Part shown: one piece after another, positions 50,087-63,145 of the stretch
Layout: the number at the start of each line of letters is the position of its first letter
Position numbering within the stretch: the first letter of the stretch is position 1
Assembly (NCBI GenBank): GCA_965202585.1
Contig: OZ241831.1
Span: 44,082,001 to 44,146,000 of the forward strand
From: Thalia democratica
Taxonomy: Eukaryota
Reading direction: 5' to 3'
DNA length: 64,000 nt
Translations under genes and position numbers: made by a program
The notes under the pieces: model-generated
What the model was told of the DNA's origin: nothing
The model's input: the letters and a program-made list of their open reading frames with translations, nothing else
Databases searched by the model: none

Positions 50087-52036
50087 TTTGTTAAATTTGT
50101 CTATAAAATTTAATTTCTTACATATGTTAACTTTTTAACATGAATAGTAAAGCTCAAAAGTTATAACTTAAATAATTTTTTCTTAAAGTACTATTGCTCA
50201 ATAATTTGTTTCATTCAACAAAGAAAACAAGTTTCATTTTACTCCGAATAATTGTTTTATCAGTCTTTAATAAAGTTTAAGAAAAAAAAAAAACTTTGAA
50301 ATTAGTTGTTGTGAGCTAGTTATGGTTGTTTTGTTCAAACACGCGTCTTATATATGTTACTTGTATGTGAAATTTGCAATATGGTTAAGAAGAAATGGTA
50401 GCAACAATTTTAAAAACCAATTGCAAAATTTTATAGAGTTATGAAACAATTTTTCTAATAGAAGTTATTGTGAACATTAAAAGTAATTTGTTACACGAAT
50501 ATTTTTAGATTTTGTAAAGAAAGTTTTAAGTTTCTGGCTTGCTGGATAAAAAAACCATGATTTTATTGAAAACTGTTGAATGTAATATGTTCAGTTTAAT
50601 TTGCAAACAAGCGTCCGTTAGGCTGTAAAGTATTAATAACAACCTTTTTTAACTATGAAGTTACTATTTAATCACAACGAAAATTAATGTTAAGTTATTA
50701 TTACAACATCTAAAAATAGCTAAAATTGAAAATGTTCAAAGTTTTATTTATAAAGTAAAAGTTTAATTTAGTTTAAGCTTAAAATGTTTTATTTTTCTAA
50801 TTTTAAATGAATACAAAAAACTTGCAAAAGATTTCTAAATGTTGTAAAGAGTTTTGAATTTTCTATTAATAAATTAACTTAGACAACTGAATTATCAGAA
50901 CAAACCTTTAATAATACTTTTTTCTAACTCATACTTTTAGACAAACAGGCATGTATAGTCAAGTAGTTTGATTATGCATATTCTAGATAATAAAACAGAA
51001 TTAACTCAGATTCGTATATCTTATGGTAAACTGATTTTTAAAGACAACTTGAAACTAGTTATGTTTTTCAACTAGAACTTTCCTTACAAATTTACATTAG
51101 GTTAAAAAGTGTTATTGGTTGTGCTTTGAGGTTGTTGTTGCATTAAAAAAATACTTAACTTCTTTCTTCATTACAAACAAAATGTTTACCGGTATATATA
51201 ATAAATTATAACTTAAAAAAACTAAACAACCTTAGATTGATGTAAGTTTTGTGGATTTTATATGCTTATTAAAGTTTATAAACTAGTATGAAAAAGATTT
51301 ATTCTCGTCTAAATATATTTAAACACTAAAATATACTTAACATCTAATTACTTAAATACCTATTAGAATTTAGTTTTTAGTTTTAATTTTACTTGATAGG
51401 TTTAATTGTATGTAGTTCTAATTCGAAATCGTTGATAAGTTAATGAATAAAATTCTTGTTAGTTACATTAACAAACAATTGTACTATCATGGTATGTTAA
51501 TATCTTATCAATTGTTTTAAGTTTTCAATTCTAATGTCATACACTCAATCGGTTTAAAAAATTAACACACTTAATAAATTTAACTGTTATTATGTAAATC
51601 ATAGTGGTTTTGAAAAGTGGTTCTTTCTGTTAATTTAAAAAAAACGTTTAAGTCCAAATTTTACTAACCACTTTAAAAGTTTTTCTGATCTGAGTATTTA
51701 TAACTTTGATTAATATTTTAAGTTTCTAACACCAATGAACTAACTAGTTTGTTTGTTAAATTTTTTCAATGAAAAAAAATAGTTATTACTGTAGAAGGAA
51801 TTTACTAATACCCAAGGATTAGATAAAACCTTTGATATCTTCTAAAACTGAACTAAAATCAAGAGAAATTAAACAAAACTAAATACTGTTACCAATAATG
51901 CTTAATTATTTACAAAACCAAAATTTAGTTTTGCGTCTTGATATGAGAAGGTTAAAACAAAGCTTAATTGAAGTTTAGGAGTTACTATTGGTATGAAAAA
52001 TCCTTTACTTATTGAAAATCCTATACACTAATGTTA

Positions 52037-52662
52037 ATTAGACAATTTCAGATTGAGAATTTCATTAAACACAGTGTTTCTTGCAAACGCAATGATCACG
52101 ATTTAACAACTCTATAAAATAAGATAGACAAAGCTATATATACTACTAATAGATGTTACTAATCAACACTAGTCAACACTAACTATACACTTATTAGAAC
52201 TGATTAAATTAAATGAGCTTGCTAAATTAACAAAAAGATTCCAAAATACTTAATGGCCAATTAAGTAAAAAAAATGATTCGATAAAAACAAAAAATATAA
52301 GTAAATAAATAAATAACTAGAAAATACAAACACAATAATAATACAATAAGTTAAAAAATACAAGTACGAATGTAACATAATTATGAAATTTGTAAATACG
52401 GACATGGCAATGTTATGATTTTAAACAAAATTTAGCGAAGTGTCTGCATTTGCCAATTAAGTCAGTTGTGGAGTTGAGCATCTAGTAGTAGTATATATAG
52501 CTTTGTCTATCTTACTTTATAGAGTTTTTAAATCATGATCATTGCGTTTGCATGAAACACTGTGTAGAATAAAAACTCTCAATTTGAAACTGTTAATTAA
52601 AATTTATTTGCTCCTTATCAGTTGAGCTCTTTATTGTGGAATGATAACTTACTATAGAGTTA
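52037..52662. mobile_element. Inverted-repeat-plus-tail insertion with 14-bp TSD (same Penelope-like family, degenerate hammerhead)
   Basis: Imperfect ~125-bp inverted arms (~52034-52160 / ~52472-52600), 62-bp tail containing CTCCT..CAGTTGAG, direct repeat ATACACTAATGTTA at 52023-52036 and 52663-52676. Absent from the paralogous spacers (35501-35545, 43670-43710). Confidence 0.65.
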
Positions 52663-53245
52663 ATACACTAATGTTATACAAATTATCAGGAAGTTTAGAA
52701 AGAAAATAGTTTTTTTGAGAGGCTTTTTCTTAAAAGGTTGTTTAGAAATTAAAAAAATTATTAAAACAAAAAAAGAATTAAAATCATGAAAAATTTCTTT
52801 TTTATACATTTTTCATTTTTCATAGGTTTCCAAAAACAATGTAATCATCAAGTCAATATTGCTCTAAAAATACCTTCAAAACAAACAAAACAAAGTTTTT
52901 AGTAATTACTGGTTGCAATATTTACAATATAACGTCAGAAAATTGAGCAACTGGTGTTTACGTGTTTTGCAACCATTTCCCTGGAAACCATATTGTAGTT
53001 TTCACATTACATAGATGTCTGGTATATAAATCTATCATTTTAATTCAATTTACACTTTATCTTTTAAAACATTCGAATTTATGCATGTTTGAATAAAACA
53101 AGGTTTTGAGTGTTAGTACTAAAAGTAGCATTTATTTAAATATACAAATATTTAATAAAGTTATATTTTTTGAGCGTTACTATTTAAGTAAGTGTTAATA
53201 ACTATGATAAGTAAATAATTACATTTTATAGACAAATTTATCAAA

Positions 53246-53959
53246 ATGAAACTTGTTTTCTTCGTTACTTTGGCTTTCGCTGTCATCTCAGCAACTATGG
53301 CTTCTCCTCAAACTAAAAGTAAGTTTAATAATTATATTAAAATTTATTCTCTTTTTTCTATCTATTCTTATATAAAATACTTTACATGCTTTTCCAGTGG
53401 TTCGTACCGTTACAAAGGAAGGAAGACTGATGAGTTTGTATGCAGCTTGCAGTGGATACCACTTACACGACAGTGGAAGAATGTTCTCACCAAATTATCC
53501 TGAAAACTACGACAATTACCTCGACTGCAACTGGCTTGTACATGCTGAGGACGGAAGTCCAGTCATAATCGACTTGAACGTTGACGGAATTGAAAGCAAC
53601 GATTATTTGCAAGTATGTTTGTTTGCAATTTGAAATAAATATGGAAAAGAGATAGGGTTTCTACATATATTTCATTTTTTTTAAACATTTTAGTTGAAAT
53701 GTATAACAAAAATTAACAACGTTTTGAAAATAAAACTGCACTATCAAACCATTAAAATCAAATTAGTTTAAATATATAGATAAAATTCTTTATTTTGTAG
53801 GTATTTGACGGAGATTCAGAATCAGATGCTCAAATTGCCAATATTTTCGATACATACAACCAACGTTACCACTTTGAAGCTTCATCTAACTGGATCTACT
53901 TGACTTTCAAATCTGATTCAGCTAATGTTGCCAAAGGATTCTTTTTTGATTATGAATAA
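53246..53959 (+). CDS. Secreted single-CUB-domain protein, copy 6 (148 aa)
   Basis: Exons 53246-53318, 53398-53612, 53801-53959. Protein reads identical to copy 1, with synonymous differences. Confidence 0.92.
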
Positions 53960-56808
53960 ATGTTTGATTAATTAACTTAGTCAAAATAAAGCAATATTAA
54001 CTTATACGCAAATATTTTTGATTTTCAATATTAAAAACGTTAATGCTTTCTAATTTTTCGGTTAGAAAATAAATAAATAAACCGTATTATGTTTATGTTT
54101 TGCTAACATATCAAAAAATTTAAATTTATAATATTTTTATTCTTAAGTGTTAGAAAAGTTTAATCAAATTTATACTGAGAATTTTTATTTTAGTTAGGTT
54201 TACGACCACATAACCACTAAAAGCTCTGATTGTAAAAATTTTTTTAAACTTTATAATGTATCTAATTTTATTTGGTTACATGACAATTTTAACTACAACA
54301 ACTCGAAATCTTATGATGTTTTATCCATATACCAAAAAACAACTTGAACATTATAACACTACTTTTAAGTCTAACTATCATAGTATAAAAACTTATCAAA
54401 ACAGATAAGTAAAATTTAACTTAAACTCAAAGTTATTAAAATTAAAAAGGTAGAATTTTAAATTTTAAGATTTTGAACTATTGTTCACCCTTTTGCTTTG
54501 ACAAAGTTTGAATTTAAACTCAAAATTAAAAAAATGTAATTAGAAATACTTATCTTATTAAAAGATCTATCTAAATTGCAATAGAAATGAAAAAAACCTA
54601 AAGCTTGTATAAAAAAATATAGTCTGAAAGTACTTTAAACGAAGGTCTTTTATATAAGGTTGTTTATACAAATAAATTCTAGGTGAGATAATACTTAAGT
54701 CTCTTTAAAAAAATACCGAGTTACACATATAACATAATTTTTTGTGCTTGGTTAACCTCGCAAATATGTCTCACCTTACTCTTTTAAAGTGTCTGCTGTT
54801 GTTAAACAATATCAATTCAATTAGTCATCAAGGAGTTTTATTTATTGTTAAAAGTACAGGTTTCGGTAACAAAGCTGTTTAAACGGTAATATTTCCCAAA
54901 CTCAGTCGCTGATTTTTATTTCTACTTTAGCAGATTCAAAGAAATAGAAAAAATATAAATTTGAGAAAAAATATAAACAATTTTTGTATGCTTTTTTTTT
55001 CAAATCGACTTAATCAATCTGATTAAGTAAAAAGTTTTTAAGCTCGCACAGCCAGTTTAGTACAATACCTTTGTACGATGCAAAATGTTTTTTAATATAA
55101 AAAAGTAGTTACTACATTAACCCGCTGTAAACAGTTTTTTACATAAACTTTGTAGATTTTTAATTAACGTAACTCTTCTTTTAACATTTAAATTCAATGT
55201 TTAAATTTAACTTAACACGTAAAATAATAAAACGATTAATACATACATATTTTACAGGTTAATCAGTTTAACAAAGTAATTATTCTATCTTTTATTATTG
55301 AAACTAAAACTGCTGTTCTATTTGATAAGTGTACTTTAAATCAAATATAATTAGACATGTAACTGAGAGTTTTATAGTATATAATTTGATGTTTAACACT
55401 ATTGTATTTGTATTTTGTTAAACCTAAAATGGTTAACTATAATTAATAACTTCGTGTTATTTAAGCTAATGAAAACATTTTTAATTTCAACATATCAAAT
55501 GTACAACAGCCATGAAACATTAAAACAATAAAAGTATGATATTTTAGATTTTTTAATAATTTTTCAAACATATTAAGAACTTTTACGTTTACTTTTGTAG
55601 CTAAATACAATTTTTTGTTTATAAATTTCTTTACAATATAATATTTATTCAAATTTGCTTTTAATTTAATAATAGCTTTACGTTTAATTTTCTGTTGTAG
55701 AAATATTTTAGAATAGTTTGTAACACAAACGTTTGAAAATAAGGATTAACCTCATAATTATAATTGTAAAAAATTACGAGTTAGCTTTGGTATATTGACA
55801 GATTTTAACATAACTTCATGTAACTGCAGAACAAACAAAAATATGTTGAAGAATGTTTATAAAACTTTGAAAGGCTAATATAACGAAACATACTTTTTAT
55901 TCAACTATGGTTGATGTAATAGGTTTATCGACAACAAATTTTATGTTTACTGTTATACTTTTTATAATTGATATATATACTTTATTATATTATAAAAACC
56001 TTGGTGAATATATTATAAGAATCTACATCCGTTGATTATACTAAAATTTCTTTAGTTACATACAAGACAAGCACTTTTTTCTTTAAACAAGCTTACTTGT
56101 AGGTATAAAATACTAAATTATGTCTTTCGCTAAACTTTCAGCTACAAATGTATTACTTTCTTTCTAAGAAAAAGTGCTGTATTTTGATTTATAATTTTTT
56201 TTTTGTTTTTCAAACAGTCACAAACTTTAGAGAAAATTGTAACATAGTTAACATCAAAAATATTTTCGAAACTTTCTCTTACTTTACCGTAAGCAAGTCA
56301 AAATAATATTTTAAGAACTATTACGTTTTATCATAAAATAATTAAAAATATAACTGAGTTTTAAAAGTTAATCAAACTACCGTTAATCAGAACTAATACA
56401 AGAAATTTTAAATCAGTAACAAATACGAGTAATAAACAATTGCTCAGCTTTAAATCTCAATTGCGTAAACAATTTTTGTTTATAAATAAAAAATATGAAA
56501 ATGAGTATAGTTTTAATTTGTTAAACGGCTTTAGTTGATTTTAAATATTTTTTATTTATTTTAGCATTTGTGTAATTGGCTTAAATTATATTTGTTAATT
56601 ATAAATAATGATTAATGTTATTTTGATTGACTTTTAATATCGATTAGTGCTGCTAATATCTAGTTAATTGTTTGTTTAGCTTTTTAATTTACTTACTTGT
56701 AATAGAAAATTTTAAGCGAAAATATTTTTACAAACCTTTTGAATAAAGTTTTGTTTTCAAAAATTTTTGTAAAATATTTGTATCAAAACCCAGTAAATCA
56801 GTTTATAT

Positions 56809-57071
56809 CAGGGATTCCTGAACTTTTTTTTTTAAAGCCCCCTTTAAAGAAATTAAATTAGCTATGGCCCCCTCCAACAAGATTACTCGAAAAACTACCA
56901 TTAAAATCACCTATGGCTTTTTTTTGCTCTTCATCTGCAACTCCATAACATCTAGTGTAAGTTGCAAATTATGACCTCATGGCCCCACTGTGGCTCCTTT
57001 ACTACTCATGGCCCTCTGAATATATTTCTTGGCCCCCAAGGGGGCTACTTGGCCTGGTTTGGGAAACCCTA
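56809..57071. mobile_element. hAT-type MITE, 263 bp
   Basis: Ends CAGGGATTCCTGAAC / GTTTGGGAAACCCTA, 8-bp TSD GTTTATAT/GTTTATAC, internal GGCCCC repeats. Confidence 0.75.
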
Positions 57072-59273
57072 GTTTATACCATAAATGTTTATTTAAAAGA
57101 ATTTTAAACGTTGACTTTTTTATTAAAAATGTTAGTGTGCTATGAAAAAATAAATAAATAACATAACTTATGCATGGATAGTAACGCAGCATAATCAGCT
57201 TTATTAGATTATTATTATGTGTAATGATTATACTATTTTATTTAAATAGCGAAAATGTGTATTTCAACTAAGTTAAGGTTATCGGTTTAATTTAATAGAA
57301 TAACAGTTAGTTATCATAGAAATAAAACAATTTTTTTATTAGTTAATTAAAAGTTTTGTAAAACCTGCAAATTTTGTAAGAATTTATATAAATCTTTTCA
57401 AAATATGTTCAAATTTTTAATTTTATTTAAATCAGAATTTGTTTTGAAAGTATAGTCTTTAAATTTAGTGTACTTAAAAAACACTTCTTATTAAACCTTT
57501 CTAGATTTTGAATTTTAGCTAGAAATCTTACTGAAGTAAATTAAGTTTATGTTTTCCACAAAAAAAACAACTAGCAAACCTTATGTATTTTATTTAACGA
57601 TATTTTTGGCAAGCAAAGTAAAAACAACAAAATAAATAAGATTTATGTAGTGCAAATAACAATTAATAAATTGTGTAAGTTTTAGTGGGTTTTGATAATT
57701 TTACTGTGTAAATTTAAGTTATATAAACTAAATAACTTAATATAATTTAACTTTAAAGGAATTTAAGTTACACACCATCTTTAAGTTCGTTTTTATCCTA
57801 AAAAAATTTTTATAGTTATTACAAAAAACTGAAAACAAAATAGTTTATACAATTTTAGTAAGTAAAATCTTTTTGGCAAGCAAACAATAAAAAGTCGAAT
57901 AAGAAACGAACCAAAACAAATAAACAATTAGATAGCTAAATGCACAAGTTAAAACCTTACATTACGTCTTAATACGAATTCTATTATTTACAAAGTTAAA
58001 ATAAATTAAAGTTAAATGAAAGTGCAATTAACAAACAAATCAAAAATCTGAATAAGGCTAATAAGTAAGTCTTTCGCCGAAAAATACTTAATGCTCGGTT
58101 AAGCATTGTTGACTTTGGTGCACTTTACCGAAAACGTTCACTCAAAGCTGCAACAACAACAAAGTATGTACACATTTGACCCGTAAGTTAGGTCTTGCAT
58201 GACGAAAAAAGAGAGTTCAGTTTTGCCAGCACAGTTTTGAAAACGAAATCAAATCAGTCTTGCAACTTTTGAAAGTTTTTTGAGGCTCGGGGCTCTGCTT
58301 AAAATCTATTAAAAGTGTATTAGTTTGAAGTGGGTTTCATTGTTAGTAGAGATTTAACTGAAAATGTAACTTTAACTGAAATTATAACTTTGTGCACTGT
58401 TGAAATTATACTAATTTATCTTTCGAATTTAGAGCAATAATTGTTTTATCTAATTAACTGGAAAAATAAAAACTTTAATGAATCAAATAATCAGTCTTTT
58501 CCTTCTTGTTGGTTAGTAAAACATCAAAAATTAATTTCATGAAAAAACATAGACAATTTACATATGATGGAGCAAACAAAAACTTATTTACAAAGAAAAT
58601 ATACTGTAAGGAAAGGCAAGAGGAAACTGCGCAACAAGTATTTACAAGTAAAAATTAAAAGAAAAAATTAAAAGTTGTTCATTGTAACAAATTTTTTTTT
58701 ATCAACACAAAAAAAAAGGCAAAAAGTATAATCAGACTTGTTGTTTTGCATAACAGAAATTTAATTATTTAAAAGAATAACGTAATTTTTAATTGAAAAC
58801 TGTATTATAAAAGTTACTAAGTAGTATGAAATATAATTTAGTTAAACAAAGAATTAGTTTTCAATGAACTACGCTAAAAAAGTTATTACAGAAGTTGCTG
58901 TTACGAAAATAAAGTAAATTTAATTTAAACGGCTACATACATTCGTTAAACATCGCAGACTTAAAACATTTTAAGTGGAGAACTAAAGTTATAAATGACT
59001 TTTTCCTGTATCAAAACTAAAATAACAACATGTATAAGTAAATAATTAAATAATGCAAACTTAAAAAGGTGATTTGTGCTTTTAGATTTGTAAAGTTGTT
59101 AGTGAACATTACAAATAAAAAAAAAAGCTTTTAAAAATGAAACTGTTACAAAATCCCTATACAAAATATCAAGTTTTAGCAACACTCAAACCATTAGTAC
59201 TATTTATTAATCAGCATTTTGAATAAAATTTTGAAAAATCTCCAAAACCTTGGCTGAACTCATTTCTTTCCAT

Positions 59274-62172
59274 TTAAATGGACATCCTCTTCCTCTTGTG
59301 GTAGATCTCCTTGGTGTCGGAGGAGCAGAGGAAGAGGACGGCGGCGCAGAGGAGGAAGCACATGGCGGACCACGCCAGCCCGTAGCCCCACCCGAACCAG
59401 AAGAAGGCGGCGAACGGGATGCCGACGACGAACCTGACGGGCAGGAACACCACCGCGAACAGGACCAGGACGGCTGAATGAAACAGTTGAAAGTTAATAG
59501 AAGTTGCAGTGAAAAAAATAAGTTAAAATATAAATTGACTTGAGTAATAGAGAATAGCTGTGGTGTCTAAACAACGGTAGAAAGTTATAGTGGAAAGTAG
59601 GTTAAAATATAAATTGACTCAGACAATAGGGGATAGCTGTGGAAGAATGTAGTAAGATGTTGAGCTTTATTTTTTATTTTAGTAAAGTATATGTGTTTAA
59701 AACAAAAAATCACCAATTTGTTTTGATAAACGCCCACTTGAAAAAATTAATTTAGTAATCACCTATTACTACTTGAAAAATATTTAATTCTTCTACTCCT
59801 TACTAGTCATTGCCCGTGATAGCCAGTATTTTACTCAAAATAATCGATATCGCCGACTTTATGAAACCCTGGTTTAAAGCACCAGAAAAGCTCAGAAAGT
59901 GGTTTATCATAGTTACAATATTGTAATAATACTAAGGTTTTACAAATTGTACTTTAGGCATGTCAATTATTTTTTATAATTTTTTGACTTAGTCTTAATG
60001 ACTATGTATAAAAACTACTTTACTTCAAAAAATCAACAAAGCTTTTATTTTACCCTCATAAAATTGCTTGAAGTACAGTAACACCACTTAAGTTTCTAAA
60101 ATCGTCCTTTAGTCATGTCAGTTATCTTTGTGAGTGATATTTCGAGTAATACAATGAATGTAAAGAAAAGCTTTGTTGATTTTTCTTGAAGTATAATAAT
60201 TCTTATATATACGAAAGTTGTTTATTAGTAATGTTTTATGTGTTGAAAGAATTAAGCTGAAATGGATATAAACTTAATAACAGAACAAAAGCAGGGCTTT
60301 GAATATTGATACTTTTTATTAAAGATCACGAAATAAATAGTTAAGCGCGATAGATAGCCATTAAGTTTACAAAATGAAAGCAAAATACCGCATTTTAAAA
60401 CCTTTGCAGCTGTGCGAAAGTACAGCAAGTCAACTTGCTTCTTTTAAAAGTTTTGTAGTGTAACAGTTATTGCTGGTAAGTGAGTTGAAGTGCATGAAGC
60501 AGCGGTAATTAGACTTTCGGAAGGAAGTAAAATGTTGAATTAGCATACTTTAAGCAAAATTAGACGTTTGTGGATAATAACTTTAATTAAATATCATAGT
60601 TTAAAATTGGTTTGTAAATATGCTTAAACTTATTTTTAGAGCAAACTAGTACTAGCCATACCAGTTTTAATTTAAATTTAAATAATTATAGTCTATAAAA
60701 ATCCGTAAATTTAAAGTTGTGGATCACAAATAAAATTTAGTTCCCTAGTTTTAGTTGAAACTACCTAGAATAATTATTCTATAGTATACTAAAAGTAACA
60801 GTTTTATGATTATGGTAAGTATTTTAAGCCATAATTAAAGCTTATTATTAAAAACAAAGTTAAGATATAAAAATAAAGTATTATAGAGCTGTTGTTGATA
60901 TACTGTTATAATAATAGTTCCAAAGATAAAGATTGTTATTCGTTTATACTAAGTAAATGTTGTTACTTATCCAAAAAAATAGAAAACTATTGTTTCAAAA
61001 TTCTTAGAAATTTTAATTTTATACATTTAAGAGAGTCAGGTTTTATTAGATTAAAACTCAATAGCTTTTAGAAATATAAAAATTTAAATATACTCAGTAT
61101 ATACAAATAATAGTGAAATTCATCTTATCAAAAATGTAATAAAAAAAATTCAAATTTACTACTATGTCAAAAACAGATAAAATAGGCTTTTTATTAAGAC
61201 AAATGGCTTAATTTTGTTTAGCAACAATAAACCGTACGTGTCAATTCATCTTATACCTTTTAAACATATTTATCCCGTTGTTTTATATGCTATTTTAAAT
61301 TTAAGTCGTTTCAGCTGAAATGTTACTCAATGCAAACAAATAATTTATAAGTATAAACATAAACTAATTACATAACAAATTGAAATTTTTATTATAATAA
61401 AAATTTATCTGTGAGCATTCTTTATCACTTTTATAAACTGAATTAAGTGTCTATTTAGTAAACAAACAAGTAAGTAGTCAGAAATTAAGTATTTGGTGTG
61501 AATTTAAAACCTTAGTTTTCAGTGTTTAAGTTCAACTTATAACTCAGATTTTAAATTGAAAAATTTTATTTAGACTAAACAAATTAAAATATAGCTGTTT
61601 CTTAACTTATACACTAGAAAAAGACAACAGCAAAACGTTGATGAAAAACTCAAATATCTTGAAAACGTTTAAGGGATAAAATTTGAAGTCGTTCAAGTTA
61701 AAAGGGTGAAGTTAAACTGTCTTTAAATCCTCAAATACTTAATAACTGCTATTTTCGTTTAAGGTACCCTAGAAAAATAAAAACTTTGTAATTCAACTGT
61801 GAGAACTACGTGAGTTATTAAAAAATATAATATTCTCATACCAGGTTTCCAGACTTGAATTATTTTTCCGAAATTATTTGATAGTTTATATCAAAAATAG
61901 AAGATTCTGAATATTCAGCTTTAAACTAACTACACTAAATAATGTGTTTAAATACACAAACTAACAACTTTTAAAACAAGCTCTCTAATGTTTTTTGTAA
62001 ACAGTAAAAAAGTTATTAAAAAAAAACTAACAAGCCACAATGAGAATGATTGCGGAAATCTTGTAAAAGTACCTCCATTCCCGTTTGAAATATGCAAGTA
62101 AGGCGATCACTAATGCTACAATTGATGCCAACAGTGCCACAATCATCATCGCTTGTACTACAGACATGTATC
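59274..62172 (-). CDS. TMEM47/PERP-like tetraspan protein (PMP22/EMP/claudin superfamily), last two coding exons; N-terminal exon(s) not found in window
   Basis: Exons 62032-62172 (GYMSVVQAMMIVALLASIVALVIALLAYFKREWRYFYKISAIILIVA) and 59274-59473 (VLVLFAVVFLPVRF...WFGWGYGLAWSAMCFLLCAAVLFLC...KRKRMSI*), phase-1 junction. The WGYGLAW and PV(R/K)F motifs resemble TMEM47/PERP. Confidence 0.82.
59522..59642. repeat. Imperfect direct repeat, 79-bp period, in the TMEM47-like last intron
   Basis: GTTAAAATATAAATTGACT...TAGCTGTGG at 59522-59563 and 59601-59642. Confidence 0.75.
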
Positions 62173-63145
62173 CTGTACAATTTGTATTACAGCATAAAAA
62201 ACGATATTTAATCATAAAGGCTACAAACAAAAACAAGTAAGTTGTTGATGTCAGTTTTTGAAATGGTATTATTATCAAAAAAAAAACAATTTGAATTTCA
62301 GCGACAAAGTTATTGTTTTTTAAATAGCTATTTTTTTTAATGGAGTTAAGCTTGTTTTACATTTGATTATCTTAAAAAGTGTTAATATATTAAACAACTA
62401 TTAGTTCAATTGAGGTTTACTCGATTGGAATCAAAATATCAAACTGTAAACGTGAAATAGAAAGTAGAAAAACAACGTTATGTAGAATAATACTCATACA
62501 AAATCTATTAACATAAAATTAGCAACGTTATGGTTTACTTTAATTTTTAATAACAGCAAAATGTAACAATGTTTTGTTTTTGCGAAACACTAGACATTTA
62601 TAACTACAAAAATTTTAGACAATAGCATAGGTACATGTACATTTTACGTAATGAGTATTACCATGTATTCTTGAGTGATTACCGCAGGGAATACTAAGTG
62701 AGTTGATTGAAGTTTAAAAGAGTACTGCTGGTCATCAATAAGTTACCAACTGTTTATACACTTGAAGTAGTTTAAAGACTGATTTTAAGAATTTAAAGGC
62801 AGTAAGCACGAAACAAGATTAAAAGGTTATACTTATATATAACTTTTGAAGTAGAAGAACTAGATAATCCGTATAGCTTTAAAATAAAACTTATCAGCTA
62901 CAACATAGCATAAACTGATCACCTCTTTTTAAACGCTTCAAAAGTTCATTTGAGTTGATGCTGCTAGAATACACACGTTTCTGCATGCGAAACTTTATTT
63001 ACAAAACAACAAACGAACAAACACTCACCTAATTCATCAAAACTGAAAGCTGATAACTAAACCGCTTAAAAGGTCAAATAAGGTGATCGCAACTCAAAAT
63101 TATTATAAATTCTGCGACCCGCAAGCTGACAGCTACAGTAACCTC

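Larger units (their letters stand above)
32800..56300. repeat. Triplicated ~8.2-8.5 kb segment, each unit containing a divergent CUB gene pair
   Basis: Intergenic spacers 33584-36048, 41759-44216 and 50087-53245 are collinear homologs. Downstream flanks also align in blocks (37830-37950 ~ 54195-54375; 38630-39060 ~ 46110-46900; 47150-47420 ~ 55690-55980). Outer limits are approximate. Confidence 0.85.

Noticed and set aside
59250-59477. + strand acidic ORF MAELISF...
   Set aside because: Antisense shadow of the hydrophobic TMEM47-like last exon.
63029-63070. Donor-like AG|GTGAGT upstream of the TMEM47-like exon
   Set aside because: The required frame hits TAG after 9 codons, so it cannot encode TM1/ECL1. 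It could be a UTR exon but this is unsupported.
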